Origin: a bacterium
GTDB taxonomy: Bacteria > Patescibacteriota > Minisyncoccia > JAHIHE01
DNA: 64,000 bases
Assembly (NCBI GenBank): GCA_030693205.1
Contig: JAUYBG010000010.1
Coordinates: 2,059-66,058 of the forward strand
Direction: 5' to 3'
Position 1 is the first letter of the stretch. Each line of letters begins with the position of its first letter. The notes under the pieces were generated by a model that did no database searches, was not told the origin of the DNA, and saw only the letters and a list, made by a program, of their open reading frames with translations. The position numbers and the translations under genes are program-made. This document shows positions 19,943 to 29,838 of the stretch, one piece after another.

Positions 19943-20086
19943 ATGCAAACACAAAATCTAATCAAGCAAATTGAAAAAGCAAGAAATTCAAAGGTAATTA
20001 CTTATATCACTAGCGATAGGCAGGGTCCGATTCAAACGCCTCAAGAGCAAGTAATGTGGCGGGTGGTCGGGCAGGGGTGGAAATAA
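19943..20086 (+). pseudogene. Degenerate N+C-terminal remnant (47 codons) of the S49-like protease gene found at 25950..26975
   Basis: The first roughly 28 codons (MQTQNLIKQIEKARNSKVITYITSDRQG) and last roughly 19 codons (PIQTPQEQVMWRVVGQGWK) match the ends of the 341-aa ORF at 25950. By eye, nucleotide identity is about 92% and 82% respectively. Confidence 0.75.
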
Positions 20087-20109
20087 TTCGCGCATAAATA
20101 AATATCACC

Positions 20110-21153
20110 ATGAATCGCCAAAAATCAGAACTTTATTTTTTACTTATTCTCCTTGCGGGAATCTTTATCCTCGCCTTTTTTATTTTCAGTCCTTTTCTCT
20201 ATGCGTTGATCTTGGCAATTGTTTTTGCAATTGTTTTTGAATCACTGCATAAAAAATTACTTACTATGACGCGAGATAGAAAGAGCTTGTCGGCGTTTCT
20301 CGCTACTATCTCTGTTTTTACCGTTGTTGTTGCGCCTCTCGCGCTTTTAGGCATACAGATTTTTCAGGAAGCAACCGGGCTTTACTTTTCTCTCATTGAG
20401 AATGGCGGCGCAACCGATCTTTCTCGCATCGTGAATGACGCCATACAGAACCTTAAAAGATTTTCTCCTGTGCCGATAGAATTTTCCGTTGATGTTAATC
20501 AATATTTAAAGCAGGGATTAAGCTGGCTGCTCCAGCATCTTGGTCCGCTCTTTGCGAATATTGCTAAAGTAATGGTGGGCGTTTTTATATTTCTCATCGC
20601 TCTTTATTACTTGTTTAAAGATGGCTGCAAACTGAAAAGAGCTATCATCGCTTTAAGTCCTTTGCAAGACATTCACGATGAAGCGATTTTTAATAAACTT
20701 GCCTTGGTAATTAATTCCGTCGTCAAAGGGAGTCTCACGGTGGCGCTCGTTCAAGGCATACTGACCGCAGTCGGGTTTGCTATTTTCGGAGTTCCCAATG
20801 CGATTCTATGGGGCAGTGTTGCGGCAATAGCCGCGTTAATGCCCGGCATTGGAACATCGCTGGTGATCCTACCGGCTATTCTCTACTTATACTTTAGCGG
20901 AGAGACGCTTTTTGCGGCCGGTCTTTTTATTTGGGGAATGACAGCGGTGGGGCTTATTGATAATTTTTTAGGTCCTAAGCTGATTGGGCGCGGCACGCAT
21001 TCGCACCCCTTAATTATTTTCCTCTCGGTCATTGGCGGCATTGGATTTTTTGGACCCATTGGTCTCTTGCTGGGACCTCTCACTATAAGCCTGCTTTTTG
21101 CCCTTTTGGATATTTATTCCTCTTTGACAAGGAAAGAAAAATCTATAATGTGA
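20110..21153 (+). CDS. AI-2E family (UPF0118, PerM/YhhT-like) transporter
   Basis: 347 aa with 7-8 TM segments in the characteristic AI-2E arrangement (GSLTVALVQGILTAVGF...PLIIFLSVIGG). Confidence 0.75.
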   Translation: MNRQKSELYFLLILLAGIFILAFFIFSPFLYALILAIVFAIVFESLHKKLLTMTRDRKSLSAFLATISVFTVVVAPLALLGIQIFQEATGLYFSLIENGGATDLSRIVNDAIQNLKRFSPVPIEFSVDVNQYLKQGLSWLLQHLGPLFANIAKVMVGVFIFLIALYYLFKDGCKLKRAIIALSPLQDIHDEAIFNKLALVINSVVKGSLTVALVQGILTAVGFAIFGVPNAILWGSVAAIAALMPGIGTSLVILPAILYLYFSGETLFAAGLFIWGMTAVGLIDNFLGPKLIGRGTHSHPLIIFLSVIGGIGFFGPIGLLLGPLTISLLFALLDIYSSLTRKEKSIM

Positions 21154-21457
21154 ATCTACGATTAAAAAATATGCTTCCCGACAAACAAAGTAAAATTAAA
21201 AGAGTAATCTTTATCAGCATTATTATTTTGCTTCTTCTGTCACTTGTTTTGCCTTTAGCGGTTGGTTATTAAAAATAAGGATGAAAGCTGGAGAGGAAAA
21301 CCGCCGGCGTAATTTTTATTGATTTATTAAAGAAACATTGCTATAATTGGCAGCGAGAGAGAAATGGAAAAAGCTACTGCTTTTACATTTCGAACGAGCG
21401 AACCAATTATATTGTATTCAGTTATATAATTGCTCTATAATTATTTAATATTAACCT

Positions 21458-24193
21458 ATGAATATTTCAAAATACCTTATGCAGTTCTCCTTTGTCGGGA
21501 TTTTTGCCACCTTTATCCTTTTCTCAAGCATTATCGCCTTAGTTACTGATTGGTGGTGGTTTTCTGAAGTGAGCCATACGCAAATTTTTATTAAATCTCT
21601 AACCGCTAAAATAGCGCTGTTTTCGGCAGCGGGGATTTTTACCGCCATTTTTTTGCTTGCCAACTTCTCTTTGGCGCTTCGCTCGAAAATTTCTTGGACA
21701 GCAATGTTGCCGGAGTCGTTGATCGGCCAGCCGGTGAATGTGGATAATCGCATTGTTAAAAGATCAGCCGTTATTTTTAGTTTGGCAATCGCGTTCTTTT
21801 TCGGACTGGTAGCCGCGGCTAATTGGCAGGATGTTTTAAAATTTATTTCCGGCGCGGCTTTTGGCTCGTCAGACCCCATCTTTAATAAAGACATCGGATT
21901 TTATATTTTTTCTCTTCCGGTCTTTCAGACGGGGTTAGGCCTAATAAAATTTCTCGTTTTGTTATCGCTCGCCGGCTGCGCGATCATATATTTTTTGCGG
22001 GGCAGCCTTAATGTTGCAAATTTGCGATTACTTAAGCAATTGCAAATTGAACGCGGGGCTAGAATCCATCTTGGCATCTTGCTTGTAATTTTTCTCGGAA
22101 CCATTGCCGCCGGTGTCTATCTTTCCCGCTTCGAACTGCTCACAAGCCAAAGCGGCTTAGTTTTTGGCGCGATGTATACAGACACAACCGTGAGAATATT
22201 TATGCTTTGGATTTCAATAACTGCGGTGGCGCTTGCGGCAGTTTCGGCCGCCTTTTGGGCATGGAAAGGAAATTTGTCGCTGCTTGTCGGAGCAGTTTCT
22301 TTGTATGTTGTCGTAGGATTCGCCGGAGCGATAATTCCGTCTCTTGTTCAAAAACTGGCAGTTGCTCCCAATGAGCTCGTGAAAGAAACGCCGTTTATTA
22401 AGCATAATATCGCCGCTACCCGTCAGGGGTTTGCGCTTGATAAAATAGAGGAGCGGGAAATCTCGGGAGATAAACCCATCACCGCGGCTGATATCGCGAA
22501 CAATAATCTCACGGTCAAAAATGTGCGGCTTTGGGATAGAAAACCCCTTCTGTCAACTTTTTCCCAGATACAAGAAATCAGAACCTATTACGAGTTTGCC
22601 GAAGTTGATAATGATCGTTATATCATAGACGGAGAAATTCGCCAGATCATGCTTTCTCCGCGCGAGCTCGCTTCAGCCAGTCTGCCGAATAGAAATTGGA
22701 TTAACGAACGGCTCACCTTTACGCATGGATATGGCGTGGCGGCCGGACCGGTGAACCAAGTTACCCCAGAAGGCTTGCCGGTTTTGTTTGTTAAGGACTT
22801 GCCGCCCAAGTCGGATGTGAAAGAGCTTGAAATTACGCGTCCGGAAATCTACTTCGGCGAGCTTTCAAACGATTATGTCATTACCAAAACAAAATCCCGC
22901 GAGTTTGATTATCCCAAGGGCGAAGAAAATGTCTACGCGACATATGAGGGCAAGGGCGGGGTGGAGATAAACTCGTTTTTAAGGCGTGTCTTTTACGCAG
23001 TGAAATTCCAGTCGCTTAAACTGCTTTTGTCCAACGACATAACCAGCGAAAGCCGTATTTTGTATTACCGCACTATTGCCGAGAGGGTTGCCAAAATCGC
23101 CCCGTTTTTAGTATTTGATAGAGACCCCTATATTGTCATTGCCGACGGCAAGGTGTATTGGATCGTCGACGCCTATACCACGAGTGACCGTTATCCTTAC
23201 TCGGAACCTATACGGTTAAATGGCGGAAAGATAAACTATATCAGAAACTCGGTAAAGGCGGTGGTTGACGCGTATAATGGCAGTGTTGTTTTCTATCAGG
23301 CGGATGCAGAGGATCCGATTATAAAAACATATGCCAATATTTTCCCCGGAACATTCAAACCAATGTCAGAAATGCCGGAGAGCTTGGTTTCTCATTTGCG
23401 TTACCCCGAAGATATTTTTACTCTGCAGACTGCCGCGTATTCGGTCTATCACATGGATGATCCGCAGATTTTTTACAACAAGGAAGATCAGTGGGAGATT
23501 CCGGCCATTGCGGCAGAAGGAGAAGGGGCGTCACGCGCAGGTGGAATTCCGCCGATGCAACCGAGGCATATTATCATGAAGTTGCCCGGAGATAAAAAAG
23601 AAGAATATGTTTTGATGTTGCCTTTTACTCCACGGGCAAAAGACAATTTGTCTGCATGGATAGTCGCTAGGAACGACGGAGAAAGCTACGGTAAATTGTT
23701 AGTCTATCGTTTTCCTAAGGACAAGCTCGTGTTCGGACCCAAACAGATCATAGGCCGAATTAATCAAGACTCCGAGATTAGCCAGCAGATCTCGCTTTGG
23801 AGCCAAGGCGGGTCGCAAGTAATCCAAGGTCCGCTTTTGGTCATCCCGATTGAAGAATCGCTTTTGTATGTGCGCCCGCTCTATCTCAAGGCTGAAGCCG
23901 GAAAAATTCCGGAGTTAAAACGAGTGGTGGTGGCGTATGAAAATAAAATTGCCATGGAAGAAACGCTGGAAGAAGGATTAGTGAAAATCTTTGGCAGCGG
24001 AGCGGGAGTACGACCACAGGGAACCGCGACAGCAAAACCATCCGCTTCAAGCAGAATACCATCTCAAGATATTCAGGAGCGCATACAAAGAGCATTGGGA
24101 ACATATGAAGAGGCGCTTCGAGCGCAAAGGGATGGCGATTGGGCGCGCTATGGCGAAGCCATCAGACGATTGGGAGATATTCTTAAGCAATAA
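21458..24193 (+). CDS. UPF0182-family large membrane protein (911 aa)
   Basis: N-terminal multi-TM region with a TDWWWFSEV motif and a large C-terminal soluble region. Size and architecture are typical of UPF0182. Confidence 0.6.
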   Translation: MNISKYLMQFSFVGIFATFILFSSIIALVTDWWWFSEVSHTQIFIKSLTAKIALFSAAGIFTAIFLLANFSLALRSKISWTAMLPESLIGQPVNVDNRIVKRSAVIFSLAIAFFFGLVAAANWQDVLKFISGAAFGSSDPIFNKDIGFYIFSLPVFQTGLGLIKFLVLLSLAGCAIIYFLRGSLNVANLRLLKQLQIERGARIHLGILLVIFLGTIAAGVYLSRFELLTSQSGLVFGAMYTDTTVRIFMLWISITAVALAAVSAAFWAWKGNLSLLVGAVSLYVVVGFAGAIIPSLVQKLAVAPNELVKETPFIKHNIAATRQGFALDKIEEREISGDKPITAADIANNNLTVKNVRLWDRKPLLSTFSQIQEIRTYYEFAEVDNDRYIIDGEIRQIMLSPRELASASLPNRNWINERLTFTHGYGVAAGPVNQVTPEGLPVLFVKDLPPKSDVKELEITRPEIYFGELSNDYVITKTKSREFDYPKGEENVYATYEGKGGVEINSFLRRVFYAVKFQSLKLLLSNDITSESRILYYRTIAERVAKIAPFLVFDRDPYIVIADGKVYWIVDAYTTSDRYPYSEPIRLNGGKINYIRNSVKAVVDAYNGSVVFYQADAEDPIIKTYANIFPGTFKPMSEMPESLVSHLRYPEDIFTLQTAAYSVYHMDDPQIFYNKEDQWEIPAIAAEGEGASRAGGIPPMQPRHIIMKLPGDKKEEYVLMLPFTPRAKDNLSAWIVARNDGESYGKLLVYRFPKDKLVFGPKQIIGRINQDSEISQQISLWSQGGSQVIQGPLLVIPIEESLLYVRPLYLKAEAGKIPELKRVVVAYENKIAMEETLEEGLVKIFGSGAGVRPQGTATAKPSASSRIPSQDIQERIQRALGTYEEALRAQRDGDWARYGEAIRRLGDILKQ

Positions 24194-24255
24194 AAGATTA
24201 TTAAGCCAAAAATGATAAACTAAAGTTATAGGTAATCCAAAAAGAGGGAATTATT

Positions 24256-25722
24256 ATGATTATGCCAAACCTTAAGCAATTACTTAAAACGCTTAATCTA
24301 AAGCAACAAGCTTATGTAAATTTGAATTTGCCCGATTCTAAAAATGGAGAATATCTTCTTGCCGCTTTTCATTTAGTATCCGGGGGAAAGTTAAACATTC
24401 TGCAGGCGGCGGCGGAAATTGCCGCAGAATCTTCCACCGGCACAACTTTCAAAGTAAACACGGAAACTTCCTTTTCCAGAGAAATGAACGCGCTCGTTTA
24501 TCAGCTTGATCTAAAAAGAAACCTTGTTTGGGTTGCCTATCCCTGGAGACTTTTTGACAGAAGAGGAAATGTGCAGAATATCTTAACCTATATTGCTGGA
24601 AATATTCTTGGAATGAAAGAAGTGAGCGCTTTAAAATTATTAGATGTCTGGTTCCCTCCGGCAATGCTTGAACAGTATGATGGTCCAAGCTATACTCTTG
24701 ATGATATGCGAAAATATTTGAATGTCTATGGCAGGCCGATTTTAGGAACAATCATAAAACCCAAAATGGGATTAACCTCGGCGGAATACGCGGAAGCCGC
24801 TTATGATTTTTGGTCCGGTGGCGGAGATTTTGTCAAGAACGATGAGCCTCAGGCGGACCAGGACTTCTGTCCATACGATAAAATGGTAAAGCATGTAAAG
24901 GAAGCGATGGACAAAGCCGTCAAAGAAACCGGAAGGAAAAAAGTCCATTCGTTTAATGTTTCGGCGGCTGATTTTGACACAATGATCAAAAGGTGCGAGA
25001 TGATTAGAAATGCCGGTTTTGAACCGGGAAGTTACGCGTTTTTAATTGATGGCATTACGGCGGGATGGATGGCAGTACAGACATTAAGAAGAAGATATCC
25101 CGATGTATTCATTCATTTTCACCGGGCGGGACACGGCGGTTATACCAGACCGGAAAACCCAATAGGATTTACAGTATTGGTTTTATCTAAATTTGCAAGA
25201 TTGGCGGGAGCTTCAGGAATTCACACAGGAACAGCCGGCGTGGGAAAAATGAAAGGAAGTCCGGAAGAAGATGTTGTTGCCGCGCGCAATATTTTGCGTT
25301 TTAAAAGCAAAGGGCATTTCTTTGAACAAGAATGGGCGACAATACCCGAAACGGACAAAGATGCCATAAATCTTGTTCATAAAGATATTGCTCACAGGGT
25401 TATTTTAGAAGATGATAGCTGGAGAGGCATGAAGAAATGTTGCCCGATTATTTCCGGGGGTTTAGATCCGACATTGCTAAAGCCGTTTATTGATGTGATG
25501 GGAAATATAGATTTTATTACAACAATGGGCGCGGGATGCCACGCGCATCCAAAAGGAACCGCTGCCGGAGCAAAAGCATTAGTTCAAGCGTGCGAGGCCT
25601 ATAAAAAAGGGATTGATATTAAAAAATATGCCAAAAAACACAAGGAACTGGCAGAAGCTATAAGGTTTTTCTCAAAGGGGAGAGAAGAAATAAAACAAGC
25701 AAGGAATACGGAAAGGAGTTAG
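24256..25722 (+). CDS. rbcL: RuBisCO large-subunit-like protein, form II/III type
   Basis: IIKPKMGLT (catalytic Lys region), GGGDFVKNDE, IHFHRAGHG and GTAGVGKMKG motifs. Confidence 0.88.
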   Translation: MIMPNLKQLLKTLNLKQQAYVNLNLPDSKNGEYLLAAFHLVSGGKLNILQAAAEIAAESSTGTTFKVNTETSFSREMNALVYQLDLKRNLVWVAYPWRLFDRRGNVQNILTYIAGNILGMKEVSALKLLDVWFPPAMLEQYDGPSYTLDDMRKYLNVYGRPILGTIIKPKMGLTSAEYAEAAYDFWSGGGDFVKNDEPQADQDFCPYDKMVKHVKEAMDKAVKETGRKKVHSFNVSAADFDTMIKRCEMIRNAGFEPGSYAFLIDGITAGWMAVQTLRRRYPDVFIHFHRAGHGGYTRPENPIGFTVLVLSKFARLAGASGIHTGTAGVGKMKGSPEEDVVAARNILRFKSKGHFFEQEWATIPETDKDAINLVHKDIAHRVILEDDSWRGMKKCCPIISGGLDPTLLKPFIDVMGNIDFITTMGAGCHAHPKGTAAGAKALVQACEAYKKGIDIKKYAKKHKELAEAIRFFSKGREEIKQARNTERS

Positions 25723-25949
25723 TTTGGCAGTTATCCTTCTTCGGCCGATTATATCAAAAGTACCCTCCTAATTTTATAAAAAAATCGTGAAATGCCATCA
25801 GATTTGGCATGGATTATTTACAAATCCAAATACTGCATTATTTAGATTACATTCGTTAGAAGTTTTACCACCTACACTTCTGAGAACAGAAGAAATATTA
25901 AAAAAATAGAACAAAAAAAAATTTTAAAATTAATTCAAAAACAATTCTT

Positions 25950-26975
25950 ATGCAAACACAAAACCTAATCAAGCAAATTGAGAAATCAAGAAATTCAAAA
26001 GTAATTACTTATATCACTAGTGACAGGCAGGGGCCGGTGAATGCCCGGATTGCCATGGATATAATTCCGATTGTCAGCGCGCAATTACGGAAGATCGGAC
26101 GAGTGCCGAAGATAGATCTATTTTTATACAGCTCCGGCGGAGATACGATGGTGCCGTGGCGATTGGTTTCAATGATCCGCGAATATTGCGATACTTTTAG
26201 CGTTTTAATTCCTTATAAATCCCATAGCGCCGCGACAATGATCTCGCTCGGAGCGGATGAAATTGTAATGACGGATCTGGCGGAGCTCTCACCGATTGAT
26301 CCTTCGACAGCCAATGTTTTTAATCCTACTGATCCGGCGAACCCGCAAAGCAAAATTCCCATTTCCGTGGAAGACGTGATGGCATATTTTGACCTCGCGA
26401 AAAGCAAGTTTGGCATCAAAAGCGATGCGGAACTGGCAAAAATATTCAATAAATTCGTGGAAGCCAATCCGCAAATTCATCCTCTCGCGCTTGGCAATGT
26501 CAACCGCATTCATAACTTGATCCGGATGCTGGCCAAAAGTTTATTGAAAAGCCACAAGAAAAGAATGACCGATAATGAGATTGCCACGATCGTGGATTAT
26601 TTCACGGAGAAACTTTATTCCCATCAATATTTTATCGGCCGGCGCGAAGCGAAAGATGACTTGGGTTTGAAAAATGTCGTTAATGCCGACAGCGATCTCG
26701 CGAAATTGATGTCGGAACTTTACGAAGAATACAAAAAAGAAATGGGTTTGGGCGCGAACTGGAACGCCGAAGCGGAGCTGGGCGATGGCAGGGCGATAAA
26801 TACTAAAACCTATAAACTGGCTTGCATTGAAAATACCGATGAATCGAATTATTTTGAGCTTATTTTGGAATACCGGAAAGGCCAGGTAAATATTGTCCAG
26901 CAAACTCCGCAAGGCCCGATCCAAGTGCCGCAAGAGCAGGTGATGTGGCGAGTAGTAGGGCAAGGGTGGAAATAA
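25950..26975 (+). CDS. S49 / SDH-family (ClpP-fold) serine-peptidase-like protein
   Basis: LYSSGGDTMVPWRLVSMIREY...SHSAATMISLGADEIVMTDLAELSPIDP matches the SppA/SDH Ser-protease core. Confidence 0.65.
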   Translation: MQTQNLIKQIEKSRNSKVITYITSDRQGPVNARIAMDIIPIVSAQLRKIGRVPKIDLFLYSSGGDTMVPWRLVSMIREYCDTFSVLIPYKSHSAATMISLGADEIVMTDLAELSPIDPSTANVFNPTDPANPQSKIPISVEDVMAYFDLAKSKFGIKSDAELAKIFNKFVEANPQIHPLALGNVNRIHNLIRMLAKSLLKSHKKRMTDNEIATIVDYFTEKLYSHQYFIGRREAKDDLGLKNVVNADSDLAKLMSELYEEYKKEMGLGANWNAEAELGDGRAINTKTYKLACIENTDESNYFELILEYRKGQVNIVQQTPQGPIQVPQEQVMWRVVGQGWK

Positions 26976-27126
26976 ATTATAAGTTATCAAGTTATAAAGT
27001 AGAAAGTTATAAAGTTAAAAATAAGGTAAAAAATAGCCGGCGGAAAATTAAATTCGTCGGTTATTACGGTTTCTACATAAGGTATTCGGCGGAGCCGAAA
27101 CTTATCGTAAAATACCCACCCTGATA

Positions 27127-27163
27127 CCCCGCAGTAAAGCTGCGGGGTTGGGTTTATTTTTTT
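27127..27163 (+). terminator. Rho-independent terminator
   Basis: CCCCGCAG taaag CTGCGGGG followed by ttgggtttattttttt. Confidence 0.65.
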
Positions 27164-27426
27164 ATAAAAAGAAAAAAGAAGGTTTTAAATTATTTAATTT
27201 AAATTGCCTTCTTTGCGAGTTTTGTTTTTTAATAAGGGTGCAGTGATTATAAATCGTCAGTAGGGATTGGGGAGTGGGGGTTAATGGGCTTCGTTGCCCT
27301 ATAAAAAAAGTTTCTGAATATTCTATCTATGCTTGCCTTAATTGGCTTGCCTTACTGACGACAAATAAAGTATAAATTATTAATTGTTATTTGTCAAGAG
27401 AGGAACATTTATGTTAAGATGTAGTT

Positions 27427-28308
27427 ATGAATAAAGATTGTTACGTGATTTTTGCAAAAACTAATCATAATTTTATGCCTAAAAAAATTTTTATCACCAA
27501 TATTCAGGGCGAGAAAGAATTGTTTTCGCTCGGGAAAGTTTTCAGGAGCGCCAAAAGAGTGGGCGCTTCGGATCAGGAAGCGAAAAAAATTTCTACTGCT
27601 ATCGAGCAAGGGGCGTATTCCGGAATGAAAACCACGGAGATTTTTACGAAAGTGAGAGAAATGCTCGAGAAAAAAGACTTGAAGGCAGTTATGCGGTTTA
27701 ATCTCCGGGAAGCGATGAGAAAACTCGGTCCGACCGGGTATTCGTTTGAAAAATACGCGGGAGAGGTTTTCAAAAGCATGGGCTACAAGGTTAGTCTGAA
27801 TTTATTTATTCCGGGAAAATGCGTGACCTACGAAATTGATTTTTTGGCGGAAAAAGACGATTTTATTTATATCGGCGAATGCAAATACCACAAATTGCCG
27901 GAAGGAAAAGTGGATCTGCAGATAGCTCTTGCCAATTGCGCGCGGTTTCATGATATATTGGCGGCGGGAAAATTCGAAGGCAAAAAAGTAAAATCTATCT
28001 TGGTCACGAATACGAAACTTACCACTGAAGCGATAAAATTTTCCGAATGCAAGGGCATAGATCTTTTGGGCTGGCGGTATCCGGCGGAGCAGGGCCTCGA
28101 GTACTTGATCGAAAGCAGGAATCTCTATCCACTGACCATTTTACCGTCATTTTCCGGAAGATTGTCGGAATCTCTCTCTGCCCAAAAAACAATGCTGGTA
28201 AAAAATATATTGGAAATGAAGGATGCCGATTTTCCAGAGAAAAAAGAATTTTACGCCGAGGGATTCGATGCTTTGGTAAAAGAGGCGGAGATTCTTTTAA
28301 AAAAGTAA
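27427..28308 (+). CDS. ATP-cone domain fused to an Mrr-like PD-(D/E)xK restriction-endonuclease domain
   Basis: The N-terminus has an NrdR-type ATP-cone pattern (KIFITNIQGEKELFSLGKVFRSAKRVG...AKKISTAIEQ). The C-terminus has GYSFEKYAGEVFKSMGY...EIDFLAEKDDFIYIGECKYH (D-x-E-C-K). Confidence 0.65.
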   Translation: MNKDCYVIFAKTNHNFMPKKIFITNIQGEKELFSLGKVFRSAKRVGASDQEAKKISTAIEQGAYSGMKTTEIFTKVREMLEKKDLKAVMRFNLREAMRKLGPTGYSFEKYAGEVFKSMGYKVSLNLFIPGKCVTYEIDFLAEKDDFIYIGECKYHKLPEGKVDLQIALANCARFHDILAAGKFEGKKVKSILVTNTKLTTEAIKFSECKGIDLLGWRYPAEQGLEYLIESRNLYPLTILPSFSGRLSESLSAQKTMLVKNILEMKDADFPEKKEFYAEGFDALVKEAEILLKK

Positions 28309-28323
28309 AAAGAGAAAAAATAT

Positions 28324-29262
28324 ATGATCTTGATTGTCGGAGCGACTGGCTATATTGGCAGGCGCGTTTTGAAAATTTTAGCCGAGAAAAATATTCCTAT
28401 CAGATGTTTGATAAGAAAACCCACTATTCAAAAATTGGATGTTCTTGGGCTTGTAAAAGCGGAAAATAAAAATATCAGTTATGTCACAGGCAACGCGTTG
28501 GATTATGATTCGCTTTTAGCGGCCACGAAAGGCGTGAAAATCGTTTATTATTTTATCCATCATATGGACAGCAGCATTTCCGGCGGAGGGGAGAGATTTG
28601 ACAAACTTGATCGGCTGGCGGCGGAAAATATGGCGCGCGCTTGCCGCGAGAACAAAGTGCAGAGGATCATTTATCTTGGGGCAATATGCGACCCAAAAGA
28701 AAAATTATCTCTGCATCTTAAAAGCAGGAAAGAAGTGGAAGATATTATTTCCAAAAGCGGCGTTGATTATACGATTTTTCGGGCTTCGGTTATTATCGGA
28801 CGCGGAGCGGCCGCATTTGATCTTATTGACAGTATGGTAAAAAAAATTCCCATTATCCCGATCATTGATTCGGATGCGACTAAAGTACAGCCGATATTTT
28901 ATAAAGACGTGATAAAATATTTAGTCGATTGTCTTGATAAAAAAGCCACTATAAACAAGAGTTTTGATATTGGAGGCAAGGATGTTTTGAGTTATGAAGA
29001 AATTGTCAGACAATACGCGAAAGAATTAAAAATTAAAAGATATTATTTCAGAATTAAAGGAAATTGGCGCCGGCTTGTGGCCAAGGGTTTAAGCATTATA
29101 TCTCCGGTTAACGCGAATGTGGTCTATTGGCTAACCGAATCTTTGCGCAACACTATGGTGGCGAATCCGGATGATGCGGAGAAATTAAAAAAGATCTTTG
29201 GTTTTGAGCCGCGGGGGTTCAAGGAAAGCATCGGAAAAATTTTAAATGAAATTTCCACATAA
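28324..29262 (+). CDS. NAD(P)-binding Rossmann-fold protein (NmrA / atypical SDR-like)
   Basis: MILIVGATGYIGRRV glycine-rich start. Confidence 0.7.
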   Translation: MILIVGATGYIGRRVLKILAEKNIPIRCLIRKPTIQKLDVLGLVKAENKNISYVTGNALDYDSLLAATKGVKIVYYFIHHMDSSISGGGERFDKLDRLAAENMARACRENKVQRIIYLGAICDPKEKLSLHLKSRKEVEDIISKSGVDYTIFRASVIIGRGAAAFDLIDSMVKKIPIIPIIDSDATKVQPIFYKDVIKYLVDCLDKKATINKSFDIGGKDVLSYEEIVRQYAKELKIKRYYFRIKGNWRRLVAKGLSIISPVNANVVYWLTESLRNTMVANPDDAEKLKKIFGFEPRGFKESIGKILNEIST

Positions 29263-29272
29263 AAACTAGAAC

Positions 29273-29767
29273 ATGAGAAAATATTATAAATTTTTTATCG
29301 TAATAACATTGTTTTTTGCTGTCGTGATTTTATTTTTTGCGAGCTATAAACCGGCATTGGCTCCGGAAAATCCGGAAAGCGTTTTTAGAGAGCTGAAGAT
29401 CAATGGAAAAATAATCAACGCGGAAATCGCGGATACGCCTGAAAAACAAGTCAGAGGGCTTTCCGGCAGAAAAAATCTTTCCGAAAATCAAGGCATGCTT
29501 TTTATTTTTAATACTTCCGATCATCATTCTTTTTGGATGAAAGATATGAATTTCAGTTTAGATTTTATTTGGATAAGCGGGGATGAAATTATGGAAATAA
29601 CTCGAAATGTAAAACCGGAAGATTATCAGCCCGCTTCGACTTCGGCGAATCGAGGCGAGCCACCCAGATCACTTATTTCGAAAAGCAAAGTTGATAAAGT
29701 TTTAGAGGTTAATGCTGGTGTAGCGGACAGTTTAAGTATTAAAGAAGGGGATAAGATAAAATTTTAA
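29273..29767 (+). CDS. DUF192-family protein with N-terminal signal/TM
   Basis: Sequence MLFIFNTSDHHSFWMKDMNFSLDFIWI, and its size. Confidence 0.6.
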   Translation: MRKYYKFFIVITLFFAVVILFFASYKPALAPENPESVFRELKINGKIINAEIADTPEKQVRGLSGRKNLSENQGMLFIFNTSDHHSFWMKDMNFSLDFIWISGDEIMEITRNVKPEDYQPASTSANRGEPPRSLISKSKVDKVLEVNAGVADSLSIKEGDKIKF

Positions 29768-29838
29768 TTTAGATTTTCTCAGCCATATCATCAAAATTAC
29801 GATTTGTCAAGCGCGGGTTAAAATGCTAAAATGAATTT

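Noticed and set aside
28047-28840. ORFs 28047..28469 and 28598..28840 in alternative frames
   Set aside because: They are overlapped by the well-supported ATP-cone/Mrr and SDR-like genes, and their translations are Gly/Arg-rich.
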